From: Camelus ferus
Taxonomy: Eukaryota
Assembly: GCF_009834535.1 (NCBI RefSeq)
Contig: NC_045696.1
Span: 101,000,001-101,064,000, forward strand
Direction of reading: 5' to 3'
Length of the DNA stretch: 64,000 bases
Under the pieces are notes generated by a model. The model was not told the DNA's origin. It worked only from the letters and a program-made list of their open reading frames with translations, and did no database searches. Of the stretch, positions 52,521 through 64,000 are shown piece by piece. Every line of letters starts with the position of its first letter. The first letter of the stretch is position 1. The position numbers were made by a program, and so were the translations under genes.

Positions 52521-54107
52521 AGGGCATCAGAGAGAAAGGCTCAAAGTTATGGGACTCAATTTTTGCTCAATGAAGATCTTGCTTTTGAATGAAAACACCA
52601 TTACACAAAGATGCAAGCGAACATCTTAACTTATTTTTTTCTTTTTTTTTGACTGAGATTTCTCATTCCCTGTAAAATTATATTCAAGATACATCTATCC
52701 ACTCTTGAGCTGAGCCTCCACCCAATACTCACTGGTTTAAGTGCTATTTGTACCCTGTCAAGTCATTTCTAGAGCTAGAAAGCATGTGAACGTACATGTC
52801 TCATATGATTTTGGTCTGCATTTAGGAAAAAGTAACTGCCTGGGTGCTTGGATTTCTGGATATTATGTTTTATTCCCTATTCAGAGTATTCTTTCTCTAA
52901 ATGTTTCTACCTCTGTGTTGCTAGAGATGGAAATACTTATGGACTCCTATGTCATTTTTCTATTCTCCTCTTGCTAATTTAATTTATTATTACTATCCCC
53001 AAACCTGTCACATTCTTGACAACAGCATTTGGCAAAGCTTTCTTTAAAATAGTTTTAATGTATCATCAGATGAGGTGAGTATTTTAGGTAGTGAGCATCA
53101 AAAAAATATATATATATAATACATGGTGTGAGATATGATGTTAAAACTTACGACATTTAAAAATACACGTAATATTAGGTTCACACTAAATTATAACAAT
53201 ACATGTTTTCAAAATTAAAACAATGAATTGAAATATTTTAGTCATCACAAATAGGTGAAATTCTTTTTACAGATTTAATCTTCATTTTAAATATTTATAC
53301 TTATAAATACAAATTACCATTTAGTTTTTCATTTGATAAAATTGATTGCAACATTTTAGAGCTTATTAGCACAGACCTCATACATCACAGTTTCCTTAAA
53401 TATCAGTGGCATGAATAAAGCTGACAGATACTCTTCTTAATATTCACAAATGCTGTTAATAGCTGTGTCAGCAAAGCTGCTTTGCAAGCCTAACAGGGCC
53501 TGTTTCTGGATGTGATACTGTCTTGATGTCTTTATGGCACTTTCATGAGTTGTATTACCAATCTCTGGCCCACATGAGTGGACACTTTTTATGCTGTTTG
53601 GGTTTGGCCAGATCACCCTGCATTTTTCACATGTGTTCACACTTGGGACAAAGATGCCTGAAACTTTGGAATGAGTATAAATAGTGACTTTGAAAGTCTA
53701 ACCCCTGGACCCAACAGTACACAGAAAATAGAAGTAAATTATTTAATTTTATTTGTGAAACACAAGATGAAGGCAAAGAAATGAAGCAAAGGTAATATTG
53801 ATATTAGTCTATCAGCATGGAGGGGCGCATTCTAAAATTTGGATTCCCATGGTTGTAAACATTCATCCCACCCATGGAGAAGATGGTTCCTTTCTAACCC
53901 CAAATATCACACCTTCTGCACTTTGGTATCCATACACCACAGTATCCAAATGAGAAAAGGTAAGATGGTAAGAACAGCAGCAACCGCATTGCAGAGTGTG
54001 AGAAGCAGCTGCCTACTCTGCGCAATTTTAGAGACCCAGGCTCCGGTCGTTCTGGTGAAGCTCCTGCCATTCATGAGCTCTGCTGCTTAGCTGCATTTGC
54101 CACTTAA

Positions 54108-54135
54108 AAAACAAACAAACAAACAAACAAAAAAA
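54108..54135. repeat. (AAAC)n microsatellite
   Basis: Read directly. Confidence 0.9.
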
Positions 54136-56329
54136 CTATTTTAAGAATATTTACACATATTAACTCATTTTAGCCTCTTTTTTTTTTTTTTTCCTGCAAG
54201 TTTTGTAGGGCAGATTATTTGTCTTATGTGAATGAAGGTCAGTGAGAATACTGCAGAATCATTAATGACGGAGCTGGAGGCATCACTATGTCTGATCTAG
54301 TGGTCTTTAAATTACTTACACAGGAGAAGCAGTAAAAGACAGGAGCTATGAACACCTACAGTCCTACGCTGAAGCCCACTGCCTGCGTAAGAAATTATGC
54401 AGGTCTGTTCCAGGGCATCGGTTTTCCCTTTTATGCATGCTGTATGTCTTCATGGTGATGCTTCTTACTCTAGTGTTTTTCACTTCCTCTTTATCAATCC
54501 TCCTTTCAGATACCCCATTCACATTTACATTCAAATTTCTAAAAATGGAGAAACTCTGGGTGCAGCATATAGCAAAAAAAAAAAAGTTACTGTGCTTTGG
54601 TATAAAGAATAAGAAACAAAGACAAGGACATAGGATGAATATGGATACATGTACGTGGGCTATTCTGCAAGTAAGCAGGGTTCTACTGTGTACTGTGGTT
54701 AAAGGTTGAGTTCAGGCAAGGGGGGCTGATCAGAGTGATCATATCAGTATATATTAAAAGGGCTTACCTGAGAGGATAAGGCAACTTATTTAACTATTAA
54801 ATGAAAACTCCAGATCAAAATTTTAGTTTGTCTCCTCTTTCCTTTAATGTCTCACTTAGGAATATGCCAAGTACTGATGTTGGCAATTTAAAGATTCTTA
54901 AATAAGTGTGCTTGAGTTGACTTTATGATTTATTCCTTTTCTTCTCTATTGGGACTGACTGTTGTATCTGCAATGTCAGTTGAAGGCAATATTTTTCATT
55001 CTTCATCCTTCTCAACTAATACTTTTGCTTTGGGTGGTAGATGTGGTCCAGTTTGCTATATTGCTTTTTCAGGTAATAATATTCTTCAGTTATGTTAACC
55101 TGTAAGTTCATTTTCCCCAGAAATGTACCTCTTAGGATGGTATTTTTTATTGGAAGAGGGCTCAAAGTCCTGTTTTCTGAATTCAAGTAGAGTGAGGAGT
55201 AACCCTGCCCCACAGAGACACTAGACAGCTCTCCTATTCACTGTCTCCTCAGTCAGGATCTCAACCTTAAAAACCTAGGGCAGAGTAGCTTCATAAATAT
55301 TGCACCCTAGCTGACAATTAACCAGCCCCGCTGGTGCTGGAGGTTGAAGGAAGAGGAACAAATATTGGAGGGCAACCACTACTCTTGCGTGAGGACATTG
55401 AGCTATGCTGATTTTTGCCAATGGACTCCAGTACAAGAGGAGGCCAGGGCTGTTGCCATCATATTTCAACCTGAAAATGCAAAAGGTGATGATCTCAAGG
55501 CACTGTGGAGTAAAAGCAAATGTCACTTTGAAAACAGAATTGTTTTGATCTATCCAGCTGTCCCTCCCAGGAGTTTAAGGCAGCCGTCAGTCAGCTTAGG
55601 GTTTTCCAGTGTTAGTATTTTCTTCAGAGAGCTAAATTCTAAGGGTAATATCTTAAACCTTGACATCTCCCCCGGGTATATGATTTCTTCAAAGACATGC
55701 CCCAAGCCATGCCAGTGGGGAGAGATATGTGATAAGTCTCAGAATCTAAAATCAATTGAATCTTCCCAAGGAAAAAAAAATTTATAACCAAAGATTACTC
55801 ACAGAATTCCTAAACTATAAACTTTGTGAAAAGAAACCAAAGACATGGTGCCTTAAACCTGCCATTTCAGGATGAGGAAGCTAAGAGTTTAGAAAAGTCA
55901 CAAAGTGATTTCTTAGCAGAATTAGAACTATGACCTAACTCCTGACTTTTAGTCAAGTATAATTTTTTCCCCAAACCTGCTCTAAAATTTAATCTCCTCA
56001 TGAAATCAACTCTGTGACAGATATTTCTGAAGTGAAGAAGTTGTTTATGATAAAAGAAAGTTCCTGTAAAAAGAATGTAATCGTTTTGCCCTCTTCTAAG
56101 AAGACAACATACAATCTCACACTTCCCTAAAAGCAAGGTATAATTTGATGGTATAAATAGATATGCAGAGGCTAATACTAAATAATCTAGTGCCAACCTT
56201 CAGTAAGGGAGCACTTCACAGGAAAAAAAATATGCATTCAATTTTTACTGTTTGTATGATTTTTCCTTCTTCGTTCTGTCAAAAGTACCTGTCATTATAA
56301 GAAAAGACAGATAATCAGATACATTTTGA

Positions 56330-56860
56330 AGGTTGTCTTCTAGGTTTGTAGGGAAAAAATGGTACATTCAAAGGAGTAATATTTTTTTAATGTGATGAGT
56401 GTAACTAAGGGACTACTTGCAGTGATGAGGTCAAGGTTAAAGGAACTAAAGTAAAGATGATGAAGCATGCAGATCCAGCAGATTCAACAGCAGAAAGTCA
56501 TTACCTCTCCTTGGCCTGGCATGACACAAGGAGGGAGATGAGGCCAGAACCTGACAAGAAGCAAGAGCTGGGGTCACAGCAGAGGCTGCTCACCAGGATC
56601 TGAGGTTATAGGCAGAGGGACAGAGCTACCTCCGAGGCCAACCAGGAAGTAAAGGGAAGAATACATACTCCGACCACCCTCTCCTCACAAACACCAATTT
56701 CCTGCCAGTACCTCCAAATGGCTAAACCCAACCAGAATCTAGAGGGAAAAGGAGGTAGAGGGAAGCAGTCTGTAAAAACTGTCCTTCCTGGGCACAGAGC
56801 AGAGCAGAAATGGGAGGAGAAAAGACCTAGATGATCAAATAGAAAATAATCACTAGTGTC
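56330..56860 (-). mobile_element. LTR33-like ERVL LTR
   Basis: cctgccagtacctccaaatggctaaacccaaccagaatctagaggg...ttcctgggcacagagcag. Confidence 0.8.
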
Positions 56861-57444
56861 ACTATTACTGATGTTGTGCTTCCAAGCAGTGAATACAATT
56901 CTAACTGTTATGTCCTAACCAACACAGTGGGACAAGCACCATTCAGAAGGTATGATCAAATCGCTCAGAGGGCAAAGGAAGCAGTATTAACTCTGCCAAT
57001 TTGAGTTGGAGAATGTTTCAGACAGTAATCATTAATAACAGGATATGAAAAAGAGAAAAATAACTTTAGTGGAGAGACAATCAAGGCATTATTAATGTGT
57101 AGCTTAGTTTACCTTGAACATACAATTAGTGGAGTAAAGGGGTGTTTAGAAAGTGGGGGAATTGAAGGTTATGTGGCCAAAAGGGCATGTTGAGGTTAGA
57201 TTTCTTACAGTTTCAGATTAATTCTGTTACTACTAAGGGGAATACATAAGAGGATAGAGAAAGCAGACATTAAGAGATATTGTGATAATCTGAGATGTAG
57301 TGAGCATGACCTCCTGTAAATAGAACACTCTGATGTCTTGAAGAAATACTATGTAGAATTAAATGTATTTCATTTATTGTTGGATTTGTCCAGATGTAGT
57401 GTAGTCTCTCTCACATGGTAGGCACTTAATAAATTCTGATTGTA

Positions 57445-57622
57445 ACAGGAATAAATTCAGACTTTTGTGAAGCATGTATATAATTTGGAATCAATTAGAC
57501 TATGTCTAAGAAAAAGAATAAAAATTAAGGACAAAAATTAGATACATGGTTTTAGAAGGAGCTGTGTAATTAAGCGGCCCTGCAGCTTAAGCCTCATTAA
57601 CTACACAGTAAATCTGCCCCTT
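57445..57622 (-). mobile_element. MER53-like hAT MITE
   Basis: aagaaaaagaataaaaatta...ggccctgcagcttaagcctcattaactacacagtaaatctgcccct. Confidence 0.7.
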
Positions 57623-57799
57623 CTCTGGACTGGATAGGCGGATGCTGTCATATGTATACACAATTACAACAAAAGTAAATTTTATAATGGAGAAAAATAC
57701 TGTGTAAGTAAAAGAATCATCTGTTACTTTTTCTCATCGTTGGAATAGGGGATGGAATGAGAATTGTTTGTTGAAAATTTAAAGCCAGTGGTAGGCTGT

Positions 57800-58590
57800 T
57801 CAGTAGTTAATTGATTCCAAAAATATTTATGAGTGTATATAATGCAGCAGGAATTAGGTTAGAAAATACAGAGGGAAAATACATTGTCAATGCCTTCTAG
57901 ACAGCACATTATAATGGGAGAAACAAGGGATTCTAAGTTACATGCTGTGGTCAATACATGACAGTGGTGCTGTGAGGACACAGAAAAGAATGTCTCCATA
58001 GCCCTGGTTCTCTAAGGTTGGAATTAGGATGAGAGATCCAATGGGAGATGTAAGCCAGAGGTCCATTGTCAGGGAACTGATGTGATCACATTTCACTTTG
58101 GACATGTCTTTGTTAGCTACACAAGGGAGGATGGATTAGTAATAGTATCAGCAGGGAAGCTACTGAAGAAAAAGGGTTGTGGGTGAGATGGGAAAGAAAG
58201 TAATAATAGAACTACAATGTAGACAATGTGTGCGAAGAAGAGAAAATTTTAGCAGACAGAATCAGCAGAACTTGATTCTAGACAGCTGGACAGTTACATG
58301 AATGAAAAAGAGAAAAGGCAGAACATACAGTTTTTGGATTAAATGGGTATTTTCTGATGCCTTTAACCAAAGTACAGAATATAAAAAGAAGATCAGATTG
58401 TGGAGAAATGTTAATGAGTTTGGGTTGGGATATATATGCTGCAACTGACCTTCCTGTGAGACATGAAGGTGAAGTTCACCAGCAGTGGAACGTACAAACC
58501 TGGAGCCCACGGCAGCATCTGGGTTCACGACAGAGATCTGGGTAACAGATATACACATGCAGTTGTAGCTACAAGCATGAGGGAGAGCAC
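57800..58590 (-). mobile_element. L2 fragments
   Basis: aaatatttatgagtg...atgtgatcacatttcacttt...atgagtttgggttgggata...agagatctggg. Confidence 0.7.
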
Positions 58591-58756
58591 GAGTAAAGGT
58601 TGGATTACTCTCAACTATAAGTAATAATTTAAAAAAAAACCCTGAATAACAGTTGTTTAAATATGATAATATTTACTTATTTTTCACAATAAATTTGAGA
58701 GCCATCTATTCCTGGTTTTATACAGCAGTACTAATCCACAAAATCCTCAGTAATGC

Positions 58757-59295
58757 AGTGTTTCAATGTATCTGGCTCTGTAACAAAATTACTCCAAAAT
58801 TTAGTGGCATAAAGCAAACACTATACTCAGGTTGTGGGGGTGAGGAATTTGGATGAGTCACAGGGAAGATGATGTGTGTTTTTTGCCCTAGTGTTGAAAG
58901 TATCAGCCGGAAGATTCAGAGGCTGGGGGATGGATTCATCTGAAACCTTGTTTAGTCATAAATCTGGTGTTTGTGCCTCTCCATGCTGCCTGTTCACACA
59001 TGCTTTCTCACAGCATGGGGACTGAGTCCTAAGGATAAGTGTCCCAGGAGGGAAGGAGGCCAGGTAAGTGTTGTATTTCTTTTGATGCTCTAGCCTCAAA
59101 AGTCTTGCTGTGCCACTTCTAACACATTCTGTTCTTTGAGGTCATCACAGTCTCATCCGGGTTCTCTTGGAAAGGAAATCACTCTGCCTTTTTATGAGTA
59201 GTGGCAGCAGAAACAGGCAACAGCTTCTAGAACTGTACTTGAGATGTGAAATATAGCTGTGCTCCTTTTTGGAAAAAAAGCAATCGACTACAGCC
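58757..59295 (-). mobile_element. MLT1F/G/H-like LTR
   Basis: gtaacaaaattactccaaaatttagtggcataaagcaa...gaggaatttgg...ctagcctcaaaagtc...tgccacttctaacacattct. Confidence 0.8.
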
Positions 59296-59299
59296 TGGA

Positions 59300-59590
59300 T
59301 TCCTCCAATGTGTTCATTTGCCATCTCTATAGTGTGATCCTTATCCTCATGGTGCAATGTTACCTCTCTAGTGCAAGTATCAGGATACAGGAAGGATGTG
59401 TCTAGGGCTCTCTGGTGGAGATTACTGAAAAGTGACACAGAAAAGAACCATTAATACCCCACTGGCCAGAAGGTAGTCACTTCTTCACATCTAGCTGTAA
59501 GAAAAGTGGGAAAATGTATTATTCTGGGTGGCCCATTTCTCCCAGCTAAAAATTAAAACACATGGGGAAAGAATCAATTAGCAATCTCTA
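59300..59590 (-). mobile_element. Old MLT1 (J/K/L-like) LTR fragment
   Basis: aagtgacaca...cccactggccagaaggtagtcac...ctagctgtaagaaaagtgggaaaatgta. Confidence 0.6.
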
Positions 59591-60539
59591 CTTTGAGAGA
59601 GTAAAATTAATAACTATATGAAATATGCCTTGTTTCTACATGAAATTTCAGAGTTGCTACATTTCCATAGATAGTTACATTGAAAGATAACTCTAGCTGC
59701 TATTTTGGTAAGAAATCAATTCCTTACAGACACATAGCTTTGACTGTAATGTGTAGACTCATGAAAATTATGATATTCATCATTTTAAAGCAAATTTTTC
59801 TTCAGCAGCATCAATTTTACTGTCTGCTAACTTGGCTTCCCCTGCTTTAGAACCCTAATTATTTGGTTTGTTTGACATTGAGTCAGATCAGTATTAAAGT
59901 AAGGATTGTTGACAGCTGCATAGGTCAATTCTGAAAGATCAATTTGAAATGAATGGATTGAAGACAGAAGTTTACTGTCAAATATTTTTTGCTCAGGCTG
60001 AGCAATGCCATCATTGATTCTGATCAGGGCTAAAAGCACGGTGCTCTTTTCCCAAATAAAGCACTTAAAGTGCGGTTTTCTGAACATTGGAAAAAGGTGT
60101 AATAATGGAATAATAAAACAGACTCCCACCACCACAGCCCTGAAAATGACAGACAGAATAATAGCAAGAGACAGTACTAGCTCTGTTTTCACCTATACAC
60201 CATCATTCAGGTGGATCCCTCAGAACTCTATTTCCTTAAGGAAACACGTTAGTAAGCAATGCAACAAAATGGATTTGATACTGCGTAATTTCTCAGAACC
60301 TATAATATTTCAATGAATATAATAAAGCTCCAAGAAGAGATGCAATGTCTTCTAAGCCTATTTGTTCACAGAACTTCTTTCTCACCAAAGCACCTTGAAC
60401 GGAGCGGAGCTATACTACCCTCTGCCCTGGGAGAGAAACCTTCTCCCTATCTTTGCCTTTCCCTGTTTTAGTTATAAGTATAATCCAATCACATACAGTT
60501 TTGCTTATACTCAGACCAGAATCACTCAACCATATATGA

Positions 60540-62060
60540 AGGTATTAAATAGCAGGTGCTAGCTAGGGTGGGGAGTAGACACATTTAACTGACACGGATA
60601 TTTTCAGCCTATGTCAAGGAACTCAAGAAGTGGCAAGGGAGACACATGGGCACAGATAATTATATATAATGAAGAGAGTATCGTAACAGAGGACAGTTCA
60701 GGGAGCCAGGAGGTCACAGAGGAATGACACCTTGCCCAAAACAGGACAGTGGAGTGGGATGGAGAAAAGACATTGAAGGCTGTCTGGAGGAGATTATGCT
60801 TGATTTGAGTTTTAGACGATCAGCATGAATTTACTGATGAAGAAGACAAGGTGAGTATTTTAGACAAAATCGGGAACAAGAATCTTGGAGTTGTATAACT
60901 TCACAGGAAGCAAAGGATGAGAGCAAATAGAAACCAATGCTGCAATGATGTTACAGAGGAGCTCGTGTATAATTTGAAGGAGGCAGGGCTTCACCCTGTT
61001 CTGTGTCACTGAAGGAACTCAATAGTGATGAGGTTTGGCAGTGGAATTCAATTTTCACTTTTAAAGATCATTGAAGTCATAATGTAGAACATAAATGTAC
61101 TTCTGTGTATTTATAGCTAGTTGACAAGCAAAGGCATTTGCCAAAGGATCTTAGCTCATAGAAACATTGAGATGTCTAGAGAAACAAGCTTCAGATTAAA
61201 TTGATTGGAGAAATACTCAGAACTTCACCATAGACTAGGCTAGTAACAGAACCTCCCTTCATGACATCAATCAACCTGACTCTGCAAAAGAATGTCCTGA
61301 CTCTGAAACCTGTGCCGCCTCTTCTGCCACCAACCCTTACAGCATAACAGACACCTCTCCACTCACTTCATAACTAGACTCTGGTCCATATGCGTTGCAG
61401 TGGTGGAATCCAGATCACAAGTCTACGGACTGACGGCATGGGAGACCAGGAAACAGTGGCTTCAGGATTCTACTGCTTGAAGAAGGAACTTATACAGTGA
61501 GATCCTATCAAAATGTAAAAGTTGAAAATTGTTCAAAAGATGGAGGCAGGCAAGAATGAAAACTATTTACTGAAAATGGGAGACACTACAAGAAATATTG
61601 AAAAGCAATCATCCAGGCAAGAAAAGAGCGCCACGGGAATCAGCATGATTCAGATGGTGCGGAAGGGAAAAGTGAATACAGAGTTGGGATATAAAATAGC
61701 TAGGAGGTTATGACTGATACAGGCCAGAGTATGTGTCTGACTTCTGATTTTTAAAATGCCAAGTGATAGGAGGCCTTTCAATAAAATACGGGATGCAGAA
61801 GAATGCAGCCTGTTTGAGGGATACTGAGGCATAAAGAGGATAAACACAGTGGAATTTTTAGAATACCAGTCTTATTTTGAACATAATGAGTCTGGGTTAG
61901 CCATGAACATCCATTCAACAAGCCCAGAAAAAAACTGATACACAAATGTGATACTCTAGAGCATTCAGGGATAAGAGAAAAGCATAAACATATGAGTAGA
62001 AGGTAAAACTAAGAATGAATGGGAAAGTCCAGTGAATGTGAACCAGCATGCAAAAATCAA
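60540..62060 (-). mobile_element. L2 fragments interrupted by an old MaLR-like LTR (about 61090-61540)
   Basis: tcaaggaactca...ggaggagattatgcttgatttgagtttt...tttcacttttaaagatcatt; resumes gatggaggcagg...atccaggcaaga. Confidence 0.6.
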
Positions 62061-62195
62061 AACTATTGTAAGTAATAAAGTTTCAGATGCTGAATTTTCT
62101 TTTTCTTTCTTCTTTTTTTTTTTTTTTTTGGATATTTACATGGTGAGCTTCACCACCAGCTCAGATGGGCATGTAGATTCACAGACTTCAGGGCA

Positions 62196-62893
62196 GTGTA
62201 TTAGTTTCTTGTTGCTGAGGGAATGAATCACCACAATCTTAGTGGCTTAAAAGAATACAAATTTATTTTCCTTCAGTTCTGGAAGTAAGTGGTTCAAAAT
62301 AGGTCTCACGAGACTAAAAGCAAGGCGTTGGCAGTACTGTGTTCCTTCCTGAGGCTCTAGGGCAGAATTGATTCCTTGACTTTTCTGGCTTTGAGAGGCT
62401 GCGGTATTTCTTGATAATTACTCCTTCCTGCATTTTCAAAACTAGCAAAGTAGAATCTTCAAATCTCTTGACTCTAACTCTTCTGCCTCCCTCTTCCACT
62501 TACAAAGACCAGTGTAATGACAGTTGGCCCTTGAACCACTCAGGAGTTAATCCCTTGTCATTTATAGTAGGCCCTCCATATCCACGGTTCCTCCACATCT
62601 GTGGATTCAACCTACCACACACCATGTGGTATCACAGTGTTTTCTATGGAAAAATATCCCAGTATAAGTGGACTGGTGTGGTTCAAACCCACATTGTTCA
62701 AGGGCCCACTGTACATTCTGTCCACCTGGCTAATCCAAGACACTGTCCTTGTTTTAAGGCCTGCTGATCAGCATTTTTAATTCAGTCTGCAATCTTAATT
62801 CCCCTTTGCTGTATCCATGTAACCTTCACAGTTTCACAGGAATTAGGACCTGGACATCTTTGGGGGAGTGGCAGCAGTGTTACACCTAACACA
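62196..62893 (-). mobile_element. MLT1D-like solo LTR (interrupted)
   Basis: tgtattagtttctt...cttagtggcttaaa...ctgaggctctagggcagaat...ctgcaatcttaattcccctttgc...ggacatctttgggg. Confidence 0.9.
62521..62711 (+). mobile_element. Tigger2a-type MITE (artiodactyl form)
   Basis: TIRs cagttggcccttgaac / gttcaagggcccactg followed by ta; internal ggattcaacc, tataagtggac. Confidence 0.85.
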
Positions 62894-63069
62894 GGTGGCA
62901 ATGGGTTTTAATCTTCGAGTAACGTCCTACTTTTTGTTTCGTTCTCCTAGTCCTTCCGTCTCTTCTGTAACCACACACCAGCACTGCGTCTCCCTGAACC
63001 ACCTAGAGGGATTTCTGTATTCCTGACTGGCTGCCGACTGAAATAGGAGATTGAGATCTGGATTTATTT

Positions 63070-63345
63070 GACCAGTGTAAGAACTTTCCAGGTAGAGGAA
63101 ACAGTTGGGACAAAGTCCCTGAGGCTTGAGAGAATGAGGTGTGTTCACAGACACACGTGAAGGCCAGTGTGGTGGGAGCACAAAGAGGGGAAAGAACAGA
63201 TAGAGAAGAATGGGGTGCAGATGAAAAAGCCCAGCGAAGGGCGAGGCTTTCTTCTGAATGAGGAAGCCATGGAGGGCTTTGAGCCTGAGTGTCTTCGTTT
63301 GGCTTAGAATTTGAAAAGGATAACTCAGATTACGTGGAGAGTAAA
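63070..63345 (-). mobile_element. L2 fragment
   Basis: ttccaggtagaggaaacag...caaagtccctgagg...gaggccagtgtgg...gaagccatggagggctttgagc. Confidence 0.8.
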
Positions 63346-64000
63346 CGGCAGTTGTACGTTGTAAACTTCAGGGTTCCTCCATGCACGTTTTAATAATACA
63401 GTTGCAGTATTGTGCAGTATATGGAACTGCACTCACGCTGACCTCAGCTGCTTTTTCAATCCCTGTTAGTGTCAAAATCTGTTAAATATTTTATATGATT
63501 TGATTTTTCAAGTGTTACCCTATTCATTGAACTTCATTCAAATTGAAGGCACAATATGCCTCATGACTGTCATGTTCATTTTCCTTACATGTACAGCCAC
63601 ATTACGTGTTAAAAGACACTCTCAAGTTATCATTTCTGTCTTAGAGTTTTTTCACTCTCTAAAAATTAAGCAAAAAGAGAAAAACAACACACAAAACAAA
63701 CATAAGTAAACCCCTAAAGAGAGGATGTGATTAGCATCTAAGCTTTTTAAGCATTGAAACTTCTTTCTTATAGAATTAGAGTGATTGATTCAGCTCAAAC
63801 ATAGAAAAGTTTCCTATATTGTAAAAAGTATTTTTGCTAACACGTCTTATCTGAGACAAAGTTCTTATCACAGCATTTTAGAATGGCAATTTTTTTCTTC
63901 CAGAAACATTGCTTATGTGGTTATGGTTATAATTAATGGTACAATTCCATTAAGTTTCTGAAAAAAAAAGTTTAAAAATTCAGATTTATTTTAAAATAGG

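Noticed and set aside
55344..55787. Longest ORF in the track (147 aa)
   Set aside because: TTG start, no recognisable homology and weak splice context. This length is not exceptional by chance in 64 kb.
60140..60192. Transmembrane-like N-terminus (LVLSLAIILSVIF) of the 121-aa minus-strand ORF
   Set aside because: The hydrophobicity is explained by translating a T-rich polypyrimidine tract, and the ORF starts at GTG rather than ATG.

Overview
AT-rich, CpG-poor mammalian genomic DNA with no CpG island. It is almost certainly from a camelid (alpaca/llama/camel): there is a Vic-1-type tRNA-derived SINE, an artiodactyl-type Tigger2a MITE and an artiodactyl-type L1 tail, and I saw no Alu, Bov-tA/Bov-A2 or PRE-1. 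I found no supportable protein-coding gene, RNA gene or CRISPR array. The supplied ORFs are chance ORFs or transposon remnants. Roughly half or more of the window is ancient interspersed repeat (L1M, L2, MIR, MaLR/ERVL LTRs, Tigger/hAT MERs), so it looks like a gene desert or large intron. Repeat names are recognised from remembered consensus sequences, not from alignment, so subfamilies and most boundaries are approximate. The most notable directly visible structure is a recent 264-bp non-tandem local duplication (16981-17244 copied to 18699-18962, 6 substitutions). It truncates an LTR and is followed by a fold-back hairpin, which is the signature expected of templated break repair. Also visible are a 56-bp tandem duplication, several nested-insertion chronologies, and repeat-free, motif-dense blocks that may be conserved developmental enhancers, including an abutting Meis/Pbx-Hox/Hox site at 45140-45161. 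I found no evidence for a new multi-gene system.
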